Below, in pieces: positions 54,024 to 63,933 of a DNA stretch of 64,000 bases. Below the pieces are notes generated by a model. The model worked only from the letters and a program-made list of their open reading frames with translations. It did no database searches and had not been told where the DNA came from. Numbering within the stretch: position 1 is the first letter of the stretch; the number at the start of each line of letters is the position of its first letter. Both the position numbers and the translations under genes were made by a program. The DNA comes from Chitinophagales bacterium (GTDB lineage Bacteria > Bacteroidota > Bacteroidia > Chitinophagales > CAIOSU01). The stretch is taken from NCBI GenBank assembly GCA_034440455.1, contig JAWXCB010000008.1, positions 66,442 to 130,441 of the forward strand. The letters are read 5' to 3'.

Positions 54024-55211
54024 ATGGCAAAACAAGATTACTACGAAACATTAGGTGTCGGCAAAGACGCTTCTGCGGAAGAAATTAAAAAGTCTTACCG
54101 CAAGGAGGCGCTCAAATACCATCCTGATCGCAACCCCGGCAATAAAGACGCAGAAGAAAAATTCAAGCAGGCTGCTGAGGCTTACGAAATATTAAGCGAC
54201 AAAGACAAGCGCGCAAAATACGACCGCTTCGGGCACAACGGTGTGAAAGGCGGTAACGGAGGTGGCGGCTTTTCGGGCGAAGGCATGTCTATGGACGACA
54301 TCTTCTCGCACTTCGGAGATGTGTTTGGCGGAGGAGGTGGTGGCAGTCCCTTTGAGCAGTTTTTTGGCGGCTCGCAGGGCGGCAGACGCGCACATGCAGG
54401 CGCGCACGGCTCCAATTTGCGCATCAAAGTAAAACTCACCTTGCAAGAAATCGCCACCGGAATAAAAAAGGCGGTGAAGGTAAAAAAAGAAATAACCTGC
54501 GAAGTGTGCCGCGGAACGGGCGCGAAAGAAGGCTCCTCGCGCAATGCCTGCCACACCTGTCATGGCTCCGGGGTGGTGCGTAAAGTCACCAACACCATTC
54601 TCGGACAGATGCAAACCAGTTCTACCTGCCCCACCTGTCATGGCGAGGGGCAAACTATTACTGCCAAATGCACCAACTGCCATGGTGAAGGCAAAACCCA
54701 CGGAGAAGAAACCATTCATATTGAACTTCCCGCTGGCGTGAATGACGGTATGCAGCTTTCCATGCGCGGCAAGGGAAACGTGGGCAGCCGGGGCGGACAA
54801 CCGGGTGATTTAATTATCCTGATTGAAGAAACGCCCGACCCGCATCTGAGGCGCGTCAACAATAGCGACATCGTGTATGACCTCCATCTCAACTTTGCCG
54901 ATGCGGCTTTAGGCACCACCGTTGAAGTGCCCACGCTCGATGGCAAAGCAAAAATCAAAATACCCCCCGGCACGCAGGGCGGCAAAATCCTGCGCCTGAA
55001 AGGCAAGGGCATTCCCTCTGTTGAAAGCCGCTACCAGGTGGGCGACCAGCTTGTTGATGTGAACATCTGGACACCCCGCCACCTCACCAAAGAAGAAGAA
55101 GAACTGATGGAAAAGCTGCGCAAGTCGCCCAACTTTCATCCCAACCCCGAAGCAGGCGAGAAGGGCTTCTTTGAAAAATTCAGAGATTTTTTTGGCGGAG
55201 GAGAGGGATGA
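54024..55211 (+). CDS. dnaJ: molecular chaperone DnaJ
   Basis: 395 aa with a J domain (DYYETLGV ... HPDRNPG), a G/F-rich region, and four CxxCxGxG zinc-finger repeats. Confidence 0.95.
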   Translation: MAKQDYYETLGVGKDASAEEIKKSYRKEALKYHPDRNPGNKDAEEKFKQAAEAYEILSDKDKRAKYDRFGHNGVKGGNGGGGFSGEGMSMDDIFSHFGDVFGGGGGGSPFEQFFGGSQGGRRAHAGAHGSNLRIKVKLTLQEIATGIKKAVKVKKEITCEVCRGTGAKEGSSRNACHTCHGSGVVRKVTNTILGQMQTSSTCPTCHGEGQTITAKCTNCHGEGKTHGEETIHIELPAGVNDGMQLSMRGKGNVGSRGGQPGDLIILIEETPDPHLRRVNNSDIVYDLHLNFADAALGTTVEVPTLDGKAKIKIPPGTQGGKILRLKGKGIPSVESRYQVGDQLVDVNIWTPRHLTKEEEELMEKLRKSPNFHPNPEAGEKGFFEKFRDFFGGGEG

Positions 55212-55283
55212 TTTGACATACAAATGACCTTTTTGTTTTCATTCCACATCCTTTTCTGTCTAAATTGTTCCCACTATTGATTT

Positions 55284-55958
55284 ATGTCTGCCACCTCAGT
55301 AAAGCGAATTCGTTATTCTCCAAGATTTCTGCTGGGACTATTTTTTATTGGATTTGTTTTTGCCTGCGAAAAAACTCTTGAAGAAAACCCGCATCAAAAA
55401 GAAAAATTTCAAATGAAAGCGGGTGCAGTTGACTCTGCGGAATATTATTTTCAGCCCGATTATACTTTTCAGAAGATAATTGATACCTGTTTTGGTTATC
55501 GGGATTCACTATTAATAGATTTAAACAGGGATAGCATTCATGATTTGGCAGTTATATGGACTAAAGCTGTTCTTTCCCTACAGATTAGTTGCTGTCCACA
55601 AGATTCAGGCTGGGAGTGTTTTCCAACTTTGATGGACTACAAATGGATTAATCTTCTAAATCCTGATTTGCAAATCGCATCCAACAGAATAGACTTTAGC
55701 GGACTTTCAGAGAATTTTATTCAACCATTAAATTCCAATGATACTATTAATGATAATCTAAATTGGAGTTCATTTCGGGCTCAATATATCTTCCGAGGTT
55801 CAAACTATTATATAGAACCAACAGGATATTGGGGGAATCAAACCCATTTTGCAGGAGTAAGACTTTTGGAGCCAAATGATACCTTATACGGTTGGATAAG
55901 AATTAATCCGGATTCAACTCTCAGAGTCATTGATTTTGCTTTTGAAGGAGGTAGATAA
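55284..55958 (+). CDS. hypothetical lipoprotein
   Basis: 224-aa ORF with a signal/lipobox-like FVFAC. No family recognised. Confidence 0.4.
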   Translation: MSATSVKRIRYSPRFLLGLFFIGFVFACEKTLEENPHQKEKFQMKAGAVDSAEYYFQPDYTFQKIIDTCFGYRDSLLIDLNRDSIHDLAVIWTKAVLSLQISCCPQDSGWECFPTLMDYKWINLLNPDLQIASNRIDFSGLSENFIQPLNSNDTINDNLNWSSFRAQYIFRGSNYYIEPTGYWGNQTHFAGVRLLEPNDTLYGWIRINPDSTLRVIDFAFEGGR

Positions 55959-56030
55959 TCACCACCCCACCTAAGTCATACGCTACGAAAGATGCCGTTA
56001 TGTAAAGGAAATCAGTACGCGCCAAATAAC

Positions 56031-56116
56031 AGTAATAAGTTGTAAGTGAATAGCTGATTTATCTTCAACAACTTATTACTTACAACTTATTACTTACAAC
56101 TTACGACTTACAACTT
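56031..56116. repeat. 17-bp perfect hairpin plus a seven-unit heptamer array (ACAACTT ATTACTT ACAACTT ATTACTT ACAACTT ACGACTT ACAACTT)
   Basis: AGTAATAAGTTGTAAGT (56031-56047) is the exact reverse complement of 56078-56094. The array spans 56068-56116 and runs into the -7 box. Confidence 0.85.
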
Positions 56117-56123
56117 AACTTTG
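56116..56123 (+). promoter_or_regulatory. Bacteroidota-type -7 promoter box TAACTTTG
   Basis: Matches TAnnTTTG, 10 nt upstream of the ABC ATPase ATG. Confidence 0.4.
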
Positions 56124-56133
56124 CCTCCCCCTT

Positions 56134-57033
56134 ATGGCAATCCTTTCCCTGCAAAACATCAATAAATCGTTTGGCGATAAAAAAGCCAACGATAATATTT
56201 CGCTTGAGGTAAGGGAAAATTCCATTTTCGGAATGCTGGGACCGAATGGCGCGGGCAAAACCACACTCATCCGCATCATCACGAATATTATGGTGGCTGA
56301 TTCGGGCAGCATCACGCTAAACGGTCAGCCGTTGGGGCGCGCGCACAATGAACTCATCGGCTACATGCCCGAAGAGCGCGGGCTGTATAAAAAGATGAAG
56401 GTGGGCGAACATCTGATTTATCTGGCGCGGCTGAAAAACCTGTCGAAGAAGGTGGCGAAAGAGAAGGTGAATTTCTGGCTGGAAAAATTCAACATCACCG
56501 ATTGGTATGAGAAGCGCGTGGAAGAACTTTCAAAAGGGATGCAGCAAAAGGTGCAGTTTATCGCAACGGTGATTAACGACCCGAAGCTGCTGATTCTTGA
56601 TGAGCCGTTTTCGGGATTAGACCCGATAAACACAAATTTGCTGAAAGATGAAATCCAGGAGTTGAAGCGCAAAGGCACGGCTATTATTTTCTCCACGCAC
56701 CGCATGGAGCAGGTGGAAGAAATCTGTGAAGACATTGCCCTCATCAACAACGGACGCAATATTCTGAGCGGAAGCGTGCGCGACATCCGCGAGCGGTTTA
56801 AGGAAAATTTGTTCAGCATCAGCTACAAAGGCGCATTGCCTGAATTGAATGGCAGGCTCAACATCGTGCAGCAGAAAGACCATGAGCTAATTATTAAAAT
56901 GGAGAGCGGGCAATCGCCAAATGATGCGCTGAAATATTGCATCGAGCATCATATTGAGGTGCATGGGTTCAAAGAAATTTTGCCTGCAATCAACGAGATT
57001 TTTATAAAGGAAGTGCAAAAATCAAATGGGTAA
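56134..57033 (+). CDS. ABC transporter ATP-binding protein (ABC-2 / NatA-like)
   Basis: Walker A GPNGAGKTT, signature LSKGMQQK, Walker B LLILDEP. Confidence 0.9.
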   Translation: MAILSLQNINKSFGDKKANDNISLEVRENSIFGMLGPNGAGKTTLIRIITNIMVADSGSITLNGQPLGRAHNELIGYMPEERGLYKKMKVGEHLIYLARLKNLSKKVAKEKVNFWLEKFNITDWYEKRVEELSKGMQQKVQFIATVINDPKLLILDEPFSGLDPINTNLLKDEIQELKRKGTAIIFSTHRMEQVEEICEDIALINNGRNILSGSVRDIRERFKENLFSISYKGALPELNGRLNIVQQKDHELIIKMESGQSPNDALKYCIEHHIEVHGFKEILPAINEIFIKEVQKSNG

Positions 57034-58333
57034 AATCTGGCTCATCATCCAGCGGGAATATCTGACGCGCGTGAAGAAAACTTCCTTCATCGTCACCACG
57101 CTGCTTGCGCCTGCGGGGTTTGCGCTGTTTTTTATCGGGGTGGTTTTCCTTTCAAGCTATGGCGAAAGCAAAAAGCGCATCGTGGTGCTCGATGACAGCG
57201 GCTATTTCAAAAATAAATTCGCTGACGACAATTCGCTTTACTTTTTCTTCAGCGATTCTAATTTCTTGTGGCTCGAAAAAAATTATGCTTCGCTCAAGTA
57301 TGACGGCATTCTGCTTATTCCGCCTGTCACTGATTTAAATAATCCGCGCGGCATTCAATATCGCTCCGATAAGCAACTTGGCATCAAGGCAAAAGATTAC
57401 ATCGAAAAACAAATCGCCAAAGTATTGCGCGAGAAAAAAATCGAGGAGGCGCAGATTGACAAGAGCGTTCTGAAAAATCTGGAGAACACCAAAGTGAGTC
57501 TGGAGAACATCGTGTATGGCGCGGAAGGCGAAAAAACAGGCGACACGCTCATTGCCACTGCGCTCGGCTACATGATGGGCTTTGTGATTTACATGGTGCT
57601 GTTTATCTATGGCGCCATGGTAATGAAAGGCGTGATGGAAGAAAAGACAAGCCGCATCATCGAAGTGATGGCATCATCGGTGCGTCCGTTTCAACTGATG
57701 ATGGGAAAAATCATCGGCATAGGCGCAGTGGGACTGACGCAGTTTATCCTCTGGGCTATTCTTATCGGCTTTGTGTATATGATTTTGGGAATTGTGTTCG
57801 CAGGTCAGCTTGCAGACATGCAGCAATTCACCATGAACCCTGAGATGGCGCCCACGCCTGACCAATATGAAGTTGCAATGGCGCTCACAAGCTGGGAGAA
57901 TATTCCATTGATGAAGTTGTTTTTCTTTTTCCTGTTTTATTTTCTTGGCGGCTATCTGATTTACGGAGCGCTGTATGCCGCGCTTGGTTCTGCCACGAAT
58001 GATGAAGGCGATTCGCAATCGCTTTCCGTAATCATTTCCCTTCCGATTGTGCTTTCCATCTTCATCATGATGTCGGCAATCCAGGAGCCTGACAGCGCTT
58101 TGGCAATCTGGGCTTCCATCATCCCGTTCACCGCACCGATTGTGATGCCTGCGCGGATTCCCTTCGGACCGGATACGTGGCAAATCGTTGCTTCGATGAT
58201 TTCAGTAGTTCTTGGATTCGTTTTCACAACATGGATAGCTGCAAAAATTTATCGCACCGGCATTTTGATGTACGGGAAAAAGGTTACGCTAAAAGAACTT
58301 GCTAAGTGGGTTGTTCAGTCTGATGCCTTCTAA
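57026..58333 (+). CDS. ABC-2-type transporter permease (NatB-like)
   Basis: 435 aa with an N-terminal TM segment, a large extracytoplasmic loop and a C-terminal cluster of TM helices. Overlaps the ATPase gene by 8 nt. Confidence 0.8.
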   Translation: MGKIWLIIQREYLTRVKKTSFIVTTLLAPAGFALFFIGVVFLSSYGESKKRIVVLDDSGYFKNKFADDNSLYFFFSDSNFLWLEKNYASLKYDGILLIPPVTDLNNPRGIQYRSDKQLGIKAKDYIEKQIAKVLREKKIEEAQIDKSVLKNLENTKVSLENIVYGAEGEKTGDTLIATALGYMMGFVIYMVLFIYGAMVMKGVMEEKTSRIIEVMASSVRPFQLMMGKIIGIGAVGLTQFILWAILIGFVYMILGIVFAGQLADMQQFTMNPEMAPTPDQYEVAMALTSWENIPLMKLFFFFLFYFLGGYLIYGALYAALGSATNDEGDSQSLSVIISLPIVLSIFIMMSAIQEPDSALAIWASIIPFTAPIVMPARIPFGPDTWQIVASMISVVLGFVFTTWIAAKIYRTGILMYGKKVTLKELAKWVVQSDAF

Positions 58334-58344
58334 AACCGAAACGC

Positions 58345-58950
58345 ATGTCAAACGAACGCAAAAGAATTTTCCTGCCGTTCAAGAATCAAATTGAAATTCC
58401 GCCTGTGTTTTATGCTGACGCAACAGGCGAGCCGTTTAAAAACTGCGTGATGTGCGGCAAGAATGTTTTAGAGCCAGGTACGCATTACATGATTGAAAAA
58501 GCGATGCGCTATGATAAAAAGAATGACATTACGGAAACGCTGATTGAGTATGCCATTTGCACAGAATGTCATGGAAAAATTGCAGCCAATCTTTCAAAAG
58601 AATCCATGGAGCGGCTCGGAGATTATTTTGCAAACAATGTTGACCTTTCCTCACGCATGACTCTGTTGATGGAAGGCAAAACAGATGTAAACGAATGGCT
58701 CTCTAAGTGCGCAGTGAAAGGCAAGGCGCTGAATGATTGTGCTGAATACCAGATTTGCTGCGCATGTGAAGGAAGCAATATGTTGTTGTCGCATACGCCT
58801 CTGATGTTCAGTGATGTCGCAATGGAAGAGATGCAGGGATTGCTCTCCGCACAAACCAAAGAAGAACTTGACCGCTTCCGCGATGAGTTTCTCGGCATCC
58901 CGCCAGAGTGGAGAGAACTGCTGAAAGACCGCGCACTTATTTTTGTATAG
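58345..58950 (+). CDS. hypothetical Cys-rich protein
   Basis: 201-aa ORF with CVMCGK ... CTECHG and CCACEG motifs. No family recognised. Confidence 0.45.
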   Translation: MSNERKRIFLPFKNQIEIPPVFYADATGEPFKNCVMCGKNVLEPGTHYMIEKAMRYDKKNDITETLIEYAICTECHGKIAANLSKESMERLGDYFANNVDLSSRMTLLMEGKTDVNEWLSKCAVKGKALNDCAEYQICCACEGSNMLLSHTPLMFSDVAMEEMQGLLSAQTKEELDRFRDEFLGIPPEWRELLKDRALIFV

Positions 58951-58986
58951 AATCGGTTTATTTTCGCACTCACATTTATTTCATCA

Positions 58987-59748
58987 ATGGATTTATCAGC
59001 ACTCTTTACCCCCGAAGCGCTCATCAGCCTTGTCACGCTCACATTTCTGGAAATTGTATTGGGCGTTGACAATATCATCTTCATTTCCATCATTACCAAC
59101 AAATTACCACAAGCGCAACAACCGCGCGCACGATTTATCGGGTTATCCTTAGCATTAGTTTTCAGGATATTGTTGCTGATGGGCATCTCTTATATCGTAA
59201 AGTTTACTGCTCCGATTTTTGAACTTCCTTTTACAGCATTCCTGAGCAGTGTGGGAATACAACATGCCCAGGAAACGGCAGAAATAAGCGGCAGAGATAT
59301 TATTTTATTCTTCGGAGGATTGTTTCTGATTGCAAAAAGCATTTCTGAATTGCACGGCAAAGTAGCGGGGCACGAAGCACACAACAAGACGGTTAAAGCT
59401 GCTACTTTCGGCTCCATCTTAGTGCAGATTGTATTGATTGATATGGTGTTTTCATTCGATTCAATTTTAACAGCAGTGGGCTTGTCAAATCAAATTCCGA
59501 TTATGATTGCGGCAGTGGTTATTTCCATTCTCACTATGATGCTGTTTTCCAGCGCCATCAGCAATTTTGTAAACAAGCATATCACCTTGCAGGTATTGGC
59601 ACTTACGTTTTTAGTGCTGATCGGCTTTATGCTGATGATTGAAGCCTTTGCCTATCATGTACCCAAAGGCTATATCTATTTCGCTATCTTCTTCTCGCTT
59701 GCGGTAGAGGTGTTGAATTTGCGGATACGGAAAAAATCAGCGGAATGA
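58987..59748 (+). CDS. TerC-family integral membrane protein
   Basis: 253 aa, multi-TM, with LEIVLGVDNIIFISI and DMVFSFDSILTAVG, the duplicated TerC signature. Confidence 0.85.
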   Translation: MDLSALFTPEALISLVTLTFLEIVLGVDNIIFISIITNKLPQAQQPRARFIGLSLALVFRILLLMGISYIVKFTAPIFELPFTAFLSSVGIQHAQETAEISGRDIILFFGGLFLIAKSISELHGKVAGHEAHNKTVKAATFGSILVQIVLIDMVFSFDSILTAVGLSNQIPIMIAAVVISILTMMLFSSAISNFVNKHITLQVLALTFLVLIGFMLMIEAFAYHVPKGYIYFAIFFSLAVEVLNLRIRKKSAE

Positions 59749-59837
59749 TTTCATGCAGAATTAACGTCAGATTATTTTTTATTTACCAAAATTTTTCTAT
59801 TTGCGGTATTATTTTTTAACCCCATAAATAGTTACCT

Positions 59838-60041
59838 ATGAAAAAACTTGTTCCGGTAGTGGCTCTGTTTGCAGTGCTCAGTTTGGCATCCTGCAAAAAA
59901 GATTACGTGTGTTCCTGCACAGTTTTAGGAATAACAACGAAGACTACGATTCCTGACACAAAGAAGGGCGATGCAGAAGATGCATGCGATGCTTCTGACA
60001 CCGCTGCACAGGTTGCAGGCGGTAGTTGCGAGTTGGAATAA
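59838..60041 (+). CDS. small lipoprotein, hypothetical
   Basis: 67 aa with signal peptide and lipobox LASC, and six Cys residues. Confidence 0.45.
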   Translation: MKKLVPVVALFAVLSLASCKKDYVCSCTVLGITTKTTIPDTKKGDAEDACDASDTAAQVAGGSCELE

Positions 60042-60061
60042 TCCTATTTGAAACTGATTTT

Positions 60062-60105
60062 AAAAACCGCTGTTCTCGGTCTGAGAACAGCGGTTTTCTT
60101 TTTTG
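60062..60105. terminator. bidirectional rho-independent terminator
   Basis: 13-bp perfect stem AACCGCTGTTCTC (60065-60077) / GAGAACAGCGGTT (60083-60095) with a 5-nt loop, an A-run upstream and a T-rich run downstream, between convergent genes. Confidence 0.8.
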
Positions 60106-60122
60106 CTCGAAAGGATGTAGCG

Positions 60123-61064
60123 TCAGAGTTTAGCTACTTGATGTTTCATCATTAAAAACTCTTCCAAAATCTCCTTTAAAATTTGCGCAGCAGGTTTCAC
60201 GTCATTTATCATCGCAGCGACTTGCCCGATTTCCAATTCGCCTTCCTCCAAATCTCCTTCATACATTCCTTTTTTCGCCCTCGCTCTTCCAAGCAGTTGA
60301 GCAAGTTCTTCCCGCGAAGCTCCTCGCAATTCTGCCTCCTGCACTTGCTGAAAGAATTTATTTTTAATCAATCGGACAGGAACAAGTTGTTTCATCGTCA
60401 ACAACGTGTCGCCTTCTTTCGCCTCCACAATTTTGTTTTTGAAATTGATATGTCCGGATGATTCTTCGCTTGCAGCGAAGCGCGAACCTACTTGTACGCC
60501 TTCTGCTCCGAGTGCAAAAGCAGCCAGCATCGCGCGTCCCGAAGAAATTCCGCCCGCAGCTATCAATGGAAGTTGAACCGCATCACGTACCATCGGAATT
60601 AGCACCATCGTAGTTGTTTCTTCGCGCCCGTTGTGACCGCCTGCTTCAAAACCCTCTGCTACGATTGCATCTACGCCAACCTCTTCACACTTCTTCGCAA
60701 ACTTTACGCTTGACACGACATGCACAACGGTGATTCCCTTTTGCTTCAGCGTCTTCGTCCATACGTTTGGATTTCCTGCTGAGGTGAAAACGATTTTCAC
60801 TCCTTCATCCATAATGATTTGCATGTGCTGGTCAATCGCGGGATACATCAGCGGAACATTCACGCCAAAAGGTTTGTCGGTCGCTGCCTTGCACTTGCGA
60901 ATGTGGTCACGCAAAATGTCGGGATACATGGAGCCAGAGCCAATAATACCGAGTCCGCCCGCGTTGCTTACCGCTGAAGCAAGCTCCCAGCCTGAACACC
61001 AAATCATACCCGCCTGGATAATGGGATATTGAATTTTGAATAATTCAGTGATGCGGTTAGTCAT
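60123..61064 (-). CDS. NAD(P)H-dependent flavin oxidoreductase (nitronate monooxygenase / FabK-like)
   Basis: 313 aa, TIM-barrel NMO pattern (YPIIQAGM, GGLGIIG, EGFEAGGH, AAGGI). Confidence 0.85.
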   Translation of the reverse strand: MTNRITELFKIQYPIIQAGMIWCSGWELASAVSNAGGLGIIGSGSMYPDILRDHIRKCKAATDKPFGVNVPLMYPAIDQHMQIIMDEGVKIVFTSAGNPNVWTKTLKQKGITVVHVVSSVKFAKKCEEVGVDAIVAEGFEAGGHNGREETTTMVLIPMVRDAVQLPLIAAGGISSGRAMLAAFALGAEGVQVGSRFAASEESSGHINFKNKIVEAKEGDTLLTMKQLVPVRLIKNKFFQQVQEAELRGASREELAQLLGRARAKKGMYEGDLEEGELEIGQVAAMINDVKPAAQILKEILEEFLMMKHQVAKL

Positions 61065-61073
61065 CGCGAAGCA

Positions 61074-62087
61074 TCAGGCTTTTTTCTTCTCTCCGCTGAA
61101 ATCTATCTCGGTATTATCGCCAATATTAAGCGACTGTTTGGAACCGGTTACGCGCGTATCGCTTCCGATAATGGAATTGGTGAGCCGCACATTATTGAGG
61201 TTTGCAAAATCCCCAATGATAGAGTTGCTGACAATTGAGGCATCTACGGAAGCATTTTCGCCAATGGTCACAAATGGACCTATTATGGAGTTCATCAGCT
61301 TTGTTCCTTTTGCAATAGTTACCGGCTGAATCAGAATAGAATTTTGCAACATCTCTTTATCCACAGGAACATACTCGGTGCCCTTCAGCAGTTTCGCATT
61401 CGTTTCCAGCAGAATTTCCATCTTGCCGCAGTCATACCAGTTGTCAACACGGAAACTGTCGAACTCAACACCCTTTCCCATCATGAGCATGATGGCATCC
61501 GTAAGATGAATTTCTTCGCCTTCCTTCATTTCTTTTTCTACTAACTGACTCAGCATTTCAAACAGTAGTTTCGATTCTTTGATTTTGTAAACGCCCACAA
61601 GCGCCATGTTTGACTTCGGAAACTTCGGCTTCTCCACCAGCCCCGCAATTTTCCCTTTGCTGTCAAATTCCACCACGCCAAAGTCACGCGGGTCATCCAC
61701 CTTGCGCACACCCAAAGTTGATTTAGGCGATTTCAATACCTCTGATAAATCTACTTTCACAATTGTATCACCCAGCACAATCAGAATTTCTTCATCAGGC
61801 TTCACAAAACTTTTTGTCGTCCAAATTGCGTGACCCACGCCCAGTCTGTCAGCCTGCACTGCATAGTCGGCTTTGATTTGCGGATATTTTGAATCAACGT
61901 GGTCTTTAATTTTTTCACCGAGATAGCCCACCACAAAAACGAATTCATTCAACCCAACTTCCAGCAACTGGTCAATGATAAAATCGAGAATACGTTTTCC
62001 GGCTACCGGGATGAGCGCTTTAGGTTGTGTGTAAGTGAGGGGTCTGAGTTTGGTTCCTGCGCCAGCAACGGGGATAATTACTTTCAT
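61074..62087 (-). CDS. sugar-phosphate nucleotidyltransferase with a C-terminal left-handed beta-helix
   Basis: The N-terminal MKVIIPVAGAGTKLRPLTYTQPKALIPV is the NTP-transferase signature. The C-terminus has hexapeptide repeats. Confidence 0.8.
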   Translation of the reverse strand: MKVIIPVAGAGTKLRPLTYTQPKALIPVAGKRILDFIIDQLLEVGLNEFVFVVGYLGEKIKDHVDSKYPQIKADYAVQADRLGVGHAIWTTKSFVKPDEEILIVLGDTIVKVDLSEVLKSPKSTLGVRKVDDPRDFGVVEFDSKGKIAGLVEKPKFPKSNMALVGVYKIKESKLLFEMLSQLVEKEMKEGEEIHLTDAIMLMMGKGVEFDSFRVDNWYDCGKMEILLETNAKLLKGTEYVPVDKEMLQNSILIQPVTIAKGTKLMNSIIGPFVTIGENASVDASIVSNSIIGDFANLNNVRLTNSIIGSDTRVTGSKQSLNIGDNTEIDFSGEKKKA

Positions 62088-62139
62088 AAAATAGCTTGGC
62101 TAAATTAGTGAAAAGAGTTCTGTGAAATAGATGTTGATG

Positions 62140-62170
62140 TTGTCATGCTGGACTCGTTCCGGCATGACAA
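62140..62170. repeat. TTGTCAT-headed palindromic repeat (TTGTCATGC-N13-GCATGACAA)
   Basis: 9-bp perfect arms read directly, between the nucleotidyltransferase start and the creD stop. Confidence 0.7.
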
Positions 62171-62174
62171 AAGA

Positions 62175-63527
62175 TTACTCTCCCTGCTTCTTCATTCCAT
62201 ACCAATCAATATTTCTCGAAAGGAACATCACAATTCCAAGTATCAGGAACAGCCCGATGCTTCCGATTAATAATGAATAATCCTGCAATTGCAATGTGCT
62301 GAACAAGAATCCGTAAAGCGCAATCAACACAAGGCTCATCACGAGGGTAAGGAGATTTTTTTGAAAAATGGAACGCGAGTATAATGTTATCATTCCGATA
62401 ATTCCGATACTGCTGACTAAGTATGCCTTGTTGAAACTGATATGCTCGGAAAGCGCAACCAGCAACGTGTAGAAAAGACAGAGCGCCAATCCGACAAGAA
62501 TATATTGAATCGGGTGAATATTCCTCCGGTTCATCACTTCCACCAAAAAGCAAAAGAGGAACGTAAGTGAAATGAACATGAGCGCATACTTCACAGAGCG
62601 GATAGATTTTTGATATTGCTCCACAGGCACCAGCAAGCCGACACCAAATGAAGATTCCAGCACATCATAGGTGTTTTCAATCCATGTTTGAGGATAGTTG
62701 CGATTGAGATGCAAAGCCTTCCAACTTGCAGTAAAACCTTCGTTATTAATTTCTCTTGACACGGGTAAGAATGCTCCGGTGAAACTCGGATTCTTCCATG
62801 CGGATTGAATACTGACGTTTGTTTCCTTTCCAAGCGGCACGAAATAAAAACTGTTGGAGCCGTTGAGATTCAATCCGAAGGAAAACGAATACCCGGTTGA
62901 ATCTAACGCTACAGGCACTTTGCAACTTACGCCTGAAGTAGAAATTCCACCATTGCCAATACCGGGTTCGGGCTGTAGAATTTGTCCGTTCCAATTCAGC
63001 TTGAGCATATCGCGGATGCCGCGCATGTCTGAAATACCGACAGACAAAAAAGCATCCTGCCATTGAATGTGTTCAGGATTCACCGATGGAATTGTGAGCG
63101 CGGGAAATGTGCCATTGACCTGTAGTTGCGCATTATAGACTACCACTTCAAAAATTCCACGATAGCGCGTTTCAGGATTTAATGCGCCTGTGATAGCAAG
63201 CGTTTCCGGAAGGATGCGGATGTATTCCGTGGTTTCTTTTCCATAAGTGCTCTGACTGTATTTTTTATAAGGAATGGTAAGCACAGGTCCGTTCAGCGTT
63301 TGCACGTTTCCCCATTTATCACTCACTTCGTTGATTGCTTCTTCCTGCCGGTATTGCCGCTCATGAATAAGCGATTGAATGAAGGAAGTCGGGATCATCA
63401 GGATAAGAATCAAAATCCCGATAACGATGATTTTGATGGTGACAGAATTGCTAATCCAGTTGTTTAACCGGTCAATAACTGAAGGGGCAGAGGTTTCCAT
63501 ATTTTTTGTTTTCACACTCAAACTCAC
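62175..63527 (-). CDS. creD: cell-envelope integrity inner-membrane protein CreD
   Basis: 450 aa with an N-terminal TM segment, a large periplasmic domain and a C-terminal TM cluster. IHERQYRQEEAINEVSDKWG is typical of CreD. The start may be the ATG at 63500. Confidence 0.75.
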   Translation of the reverse strand: MSLSVKTKNMETSAPSVIDRLNNWISNSVTIKIIVIGILILILMIPTSFIQSLIHERQYRQEEAINEVSDKWGNVQTLNGPVLTIPYKKYSQSTYGKETTEYIRILPETLAITGALNPETRYRGIFEVVVYNAQLQVNGTFPALTIPSVNPEHIQWQDAFLSVGISDMRGIRDMLKLNWNGQILQPEPGIGNGGISTSGVSCKVPVALDSTGYSFSFGLNLNGSNSFYFVPLGKETNVSIQSAWKNPSFTGAFLPVSREINNEGFTASWKALHLNRNYPQTWIENTYDVLESSFGVGLLVPVEQYQKSIRSVKYALMFISLTFLFCFLVEVMNRRNIHPIQYILVGLALCLFYTLLVALSEHISFNKAYLVSSIGIIGMITLYSRSIFQKNLLTLVMSLVLIALYGFLFSTLQLQDYSLLIGSIGLFLILGIVMFLSRNIDWYGMKKQGE

Positions 63528-63612
63528 GCCCCGATGAATTATTTTGCAAACGGAATCAATTAGTATCTTTTAACATTTTCTGGCTGATTACCGCGTTAAA
63601 AAAAATATTTCT

Positions 63613-63933
63613 ATGCCTTGGCTTATCCTTATCGTTGCCGGACTTTTTGAAGTCGGCTTCACCACCTGCCTTAAACTCTCCAACAATTTTTCCGATTGGA
63701 AATGGAGTGTTGGATTTTTCTTCTGCATCACGCTGAGTTTTTTGTTGCTGAATAAAGCCGTGCAAACAATTCCACTCGGAACGGGCTATGCCGTGTGGAC
63801 AGGCATTGGCGCAGTGGGTACGGTAATTATCGGGATGCTTTTCTTCAAAGAGCCAACTGACTTTTGGCGATTGTTTTTTATCTTTTCTTTGATTGGCTCT
63901 GTTGTGGGATTGAAATTGGTATCTTCAAATTAA
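63613..63933 (+). CDS. sugE: SMR-family small multidrug/guanidinium exporter (SugE/Gdx-like)
   Basis: 106 aa with four TM helices. The N-terminus MPWLILIVAGLFEVGFTTCLK carries the conserved membrane Glu. Confidence 0.85.
   Translation: MPWLILIVAGLFEVGFTTCLKLSNNFSDWKWSVGFFFCITLSFLLLNKAVQTIPLGTGYAVWTGIGAVGTVIIGMLFFKEPTDFWRLFFIFSLIGSVVGLKLVSSN

Noticed and set aside
63528-63612. Guanidine riboswitch upstream of the SugE/Gdx-like exporter
   Set aside because: The 85-nt leader shows no paired ACGR-loop hairpins (mini-ykkC) and nothing resembling ykkC or guanidine-III consensus elements by eye. A covariance-model scan would be the definitive test.
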